A DNA stretch of 64,000 nucleotides, taken from contig NW_003314323.1 in NCBI RefSeq assembly GCF_000143415.4, forward strand, positions 1,097,767 to 1,161,766, read 5' to 3'. This document shows, piece after piece, positions 63,273-64,000 of this stretch (its first letter is position 1; every line of letters begins with the position of its first letter). The DNA is from Selaginella moellendorffii. Its lineage: Eukaryota; Plantae; Lycopodiophyta. The translations under genes were made by a program, and so were the position numbers. A model generated the notes under the pieces. That model did not search any database and was not told where the DNA came from. It saw nothing but the letters and a program-made list of their open reading frames with translations.

Positions 63273-63754
63273 ACTTCCACATGTCATGTGTTGGTCCTTT
63301 TGGGTCCCTTTTTGGAGCCTCGCTTTTTGCTCGCTTCGTGCTCGTTCCTCGAGCACTTCGTTGGGAGTTCCACTCCCGCTCTTGACTTTTCAAGTCGGAG
63401 CTTTTGGTCCAAATGTGTTACACTCGTTTGGCTCTCGCTTCAGCCACTACCACGTGGCACCCTTTCCGGCTCCACTTTGGGGCCTAGGGATTTTGTGTCT
63501 CACACTTCCCACTTGAGAGACTCCAGAGTCGTGTGAATGGCCTTCTCTTTAGTTCTCAAAACTGTCTCTTGGAAGCGCTTGTCGACAATGTGTTCAGGTA
63601 GCTCCACTTCTCTTTCAGCTTCAGCTACACCTCCAGTAGCACCATTATCAGATCTATCCCCCGACTCGGGCCCAACACCGCCATCAGGCGCACTTGGGCA
63701 CTGCTCCGTTTCTGCCATATTTTGTGAATATGTTAAGAGTAGTGGCATTTGTGG

Positions 63755-64000
63755 TTGTGGCAGTAATGGTAGTGATGACAATGGTTGCGCTGGTGGTGGT
63801 AATGACAATGGTTGCGCTGGTGGTGGTGATGATGGTGGCGGTGGTGGTGGTAATGGTGGTGATGATGGTGGTGGTGGTAATGGTGGTGATGACAGTGGTG
63901 GTAATGGTGGTGATGAAGGTAAAGGTGGCGGTGGTGGTAATGGTGGTGGCGGTGGTAATGGTGGTGGTGGCATCGATGGCGGTGGTGGGGGTGTATGTGG
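63755..64000 (-). repeat. CCA/CCG-rich triplet tract, in frame with the ParB-MTase gene (poly-Pro), open to the window edge
   Basis: ggtggtggtaat / ggtgatgat repeats; the minus frame reads PPPPLPPPP without a stop into MAETEQ. Confidence 0.7.

Larger units (their letters stand above)
55457..63504 (-). mobile_element. Full-length, recent, non-autonomous family-A LTR retroelement (8048 bp)
   Basis: LTRs 55457-57352 and 61467-63504; TG...CA; TSD CTTCC at 55452-55456 and 63505-63509; PBS TGGTATCGGAGC (61452-61463, minus); PPT-like GGGTGGTGGAGT next to 57352; no long internal ORF. Confidence 0.96.
52560..63718 (-). pseudogene. ParB/Srx-like domain + beta-class N6-adenine/N4-cytosine DNA methyltransferase fusion gene, 8 exons, exon 1 split by an LTR element
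   Basis: Exons 63718-63505+55451-54989, 54939-54738, 54685-54484, 54432-54075, 54025-53611, 53564-53473, 53421-52975, 52925-52560. Motifs IIDGNHRW, FMLFDMPDG, LLHTTGQVAFI and VVIDCTAGSGSMVEAACDSGRSVFAIE. Lesions: 3 TGA stops, 1 frameshift, 1 GG acceptor. Confidence 0.85.

Noticed and set aside
35997-63509. Same TSD CTTCC for the TRIM and the full-length A element
   Set aside because: Other TSDs differ (CTAGC, AACAC, CATAG); two events are too few to claim target specificity.

Overview
Eukaryotic (land-plant-like) repeat-rich DNA, mostly a stack of nested, decayed transposons. An LTR family I call A has ~1.7-2.0 kb LTRs containing a GGACTCCATCTC minisatellite. It occurs as one recent full-length non-coding element (55457-63504, TSD CTTCC), one older element, three solo LTRs and one LTR end. 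Also present: a Ty3/gypsy non-chromovirus element with extra ORFs (3874-16446, TSD CTAGC) interrupted by a hAT transposon, a 674-bp TRIM, two more decayed gypsy pol remnants, fold-back elements and a degenerate tandem array. The outstanding non-TE-core signal is at 50.1-64 kb. Removing the LTR element by its TSD and splicing seven 46-52-nt introns rebuilds a ~920-codon minus-strand gene. It fuses a ParB/Srx-like domain (IIDGNHRW) to a bacterial-type beta-class N6-A/N4-C DNA methyltransferase domain (motif IV DMPD; motif I VIDCTAGSGS...GR..FAIE). This copy is pseudogenised. It lies convergent with two intact tandem zf-XS-like zinc-finger ORFs, separated from them by a dense TGACAC motif cluster. 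All calls were made by eye without database searches; boundaries of the decayed elements are approximate.
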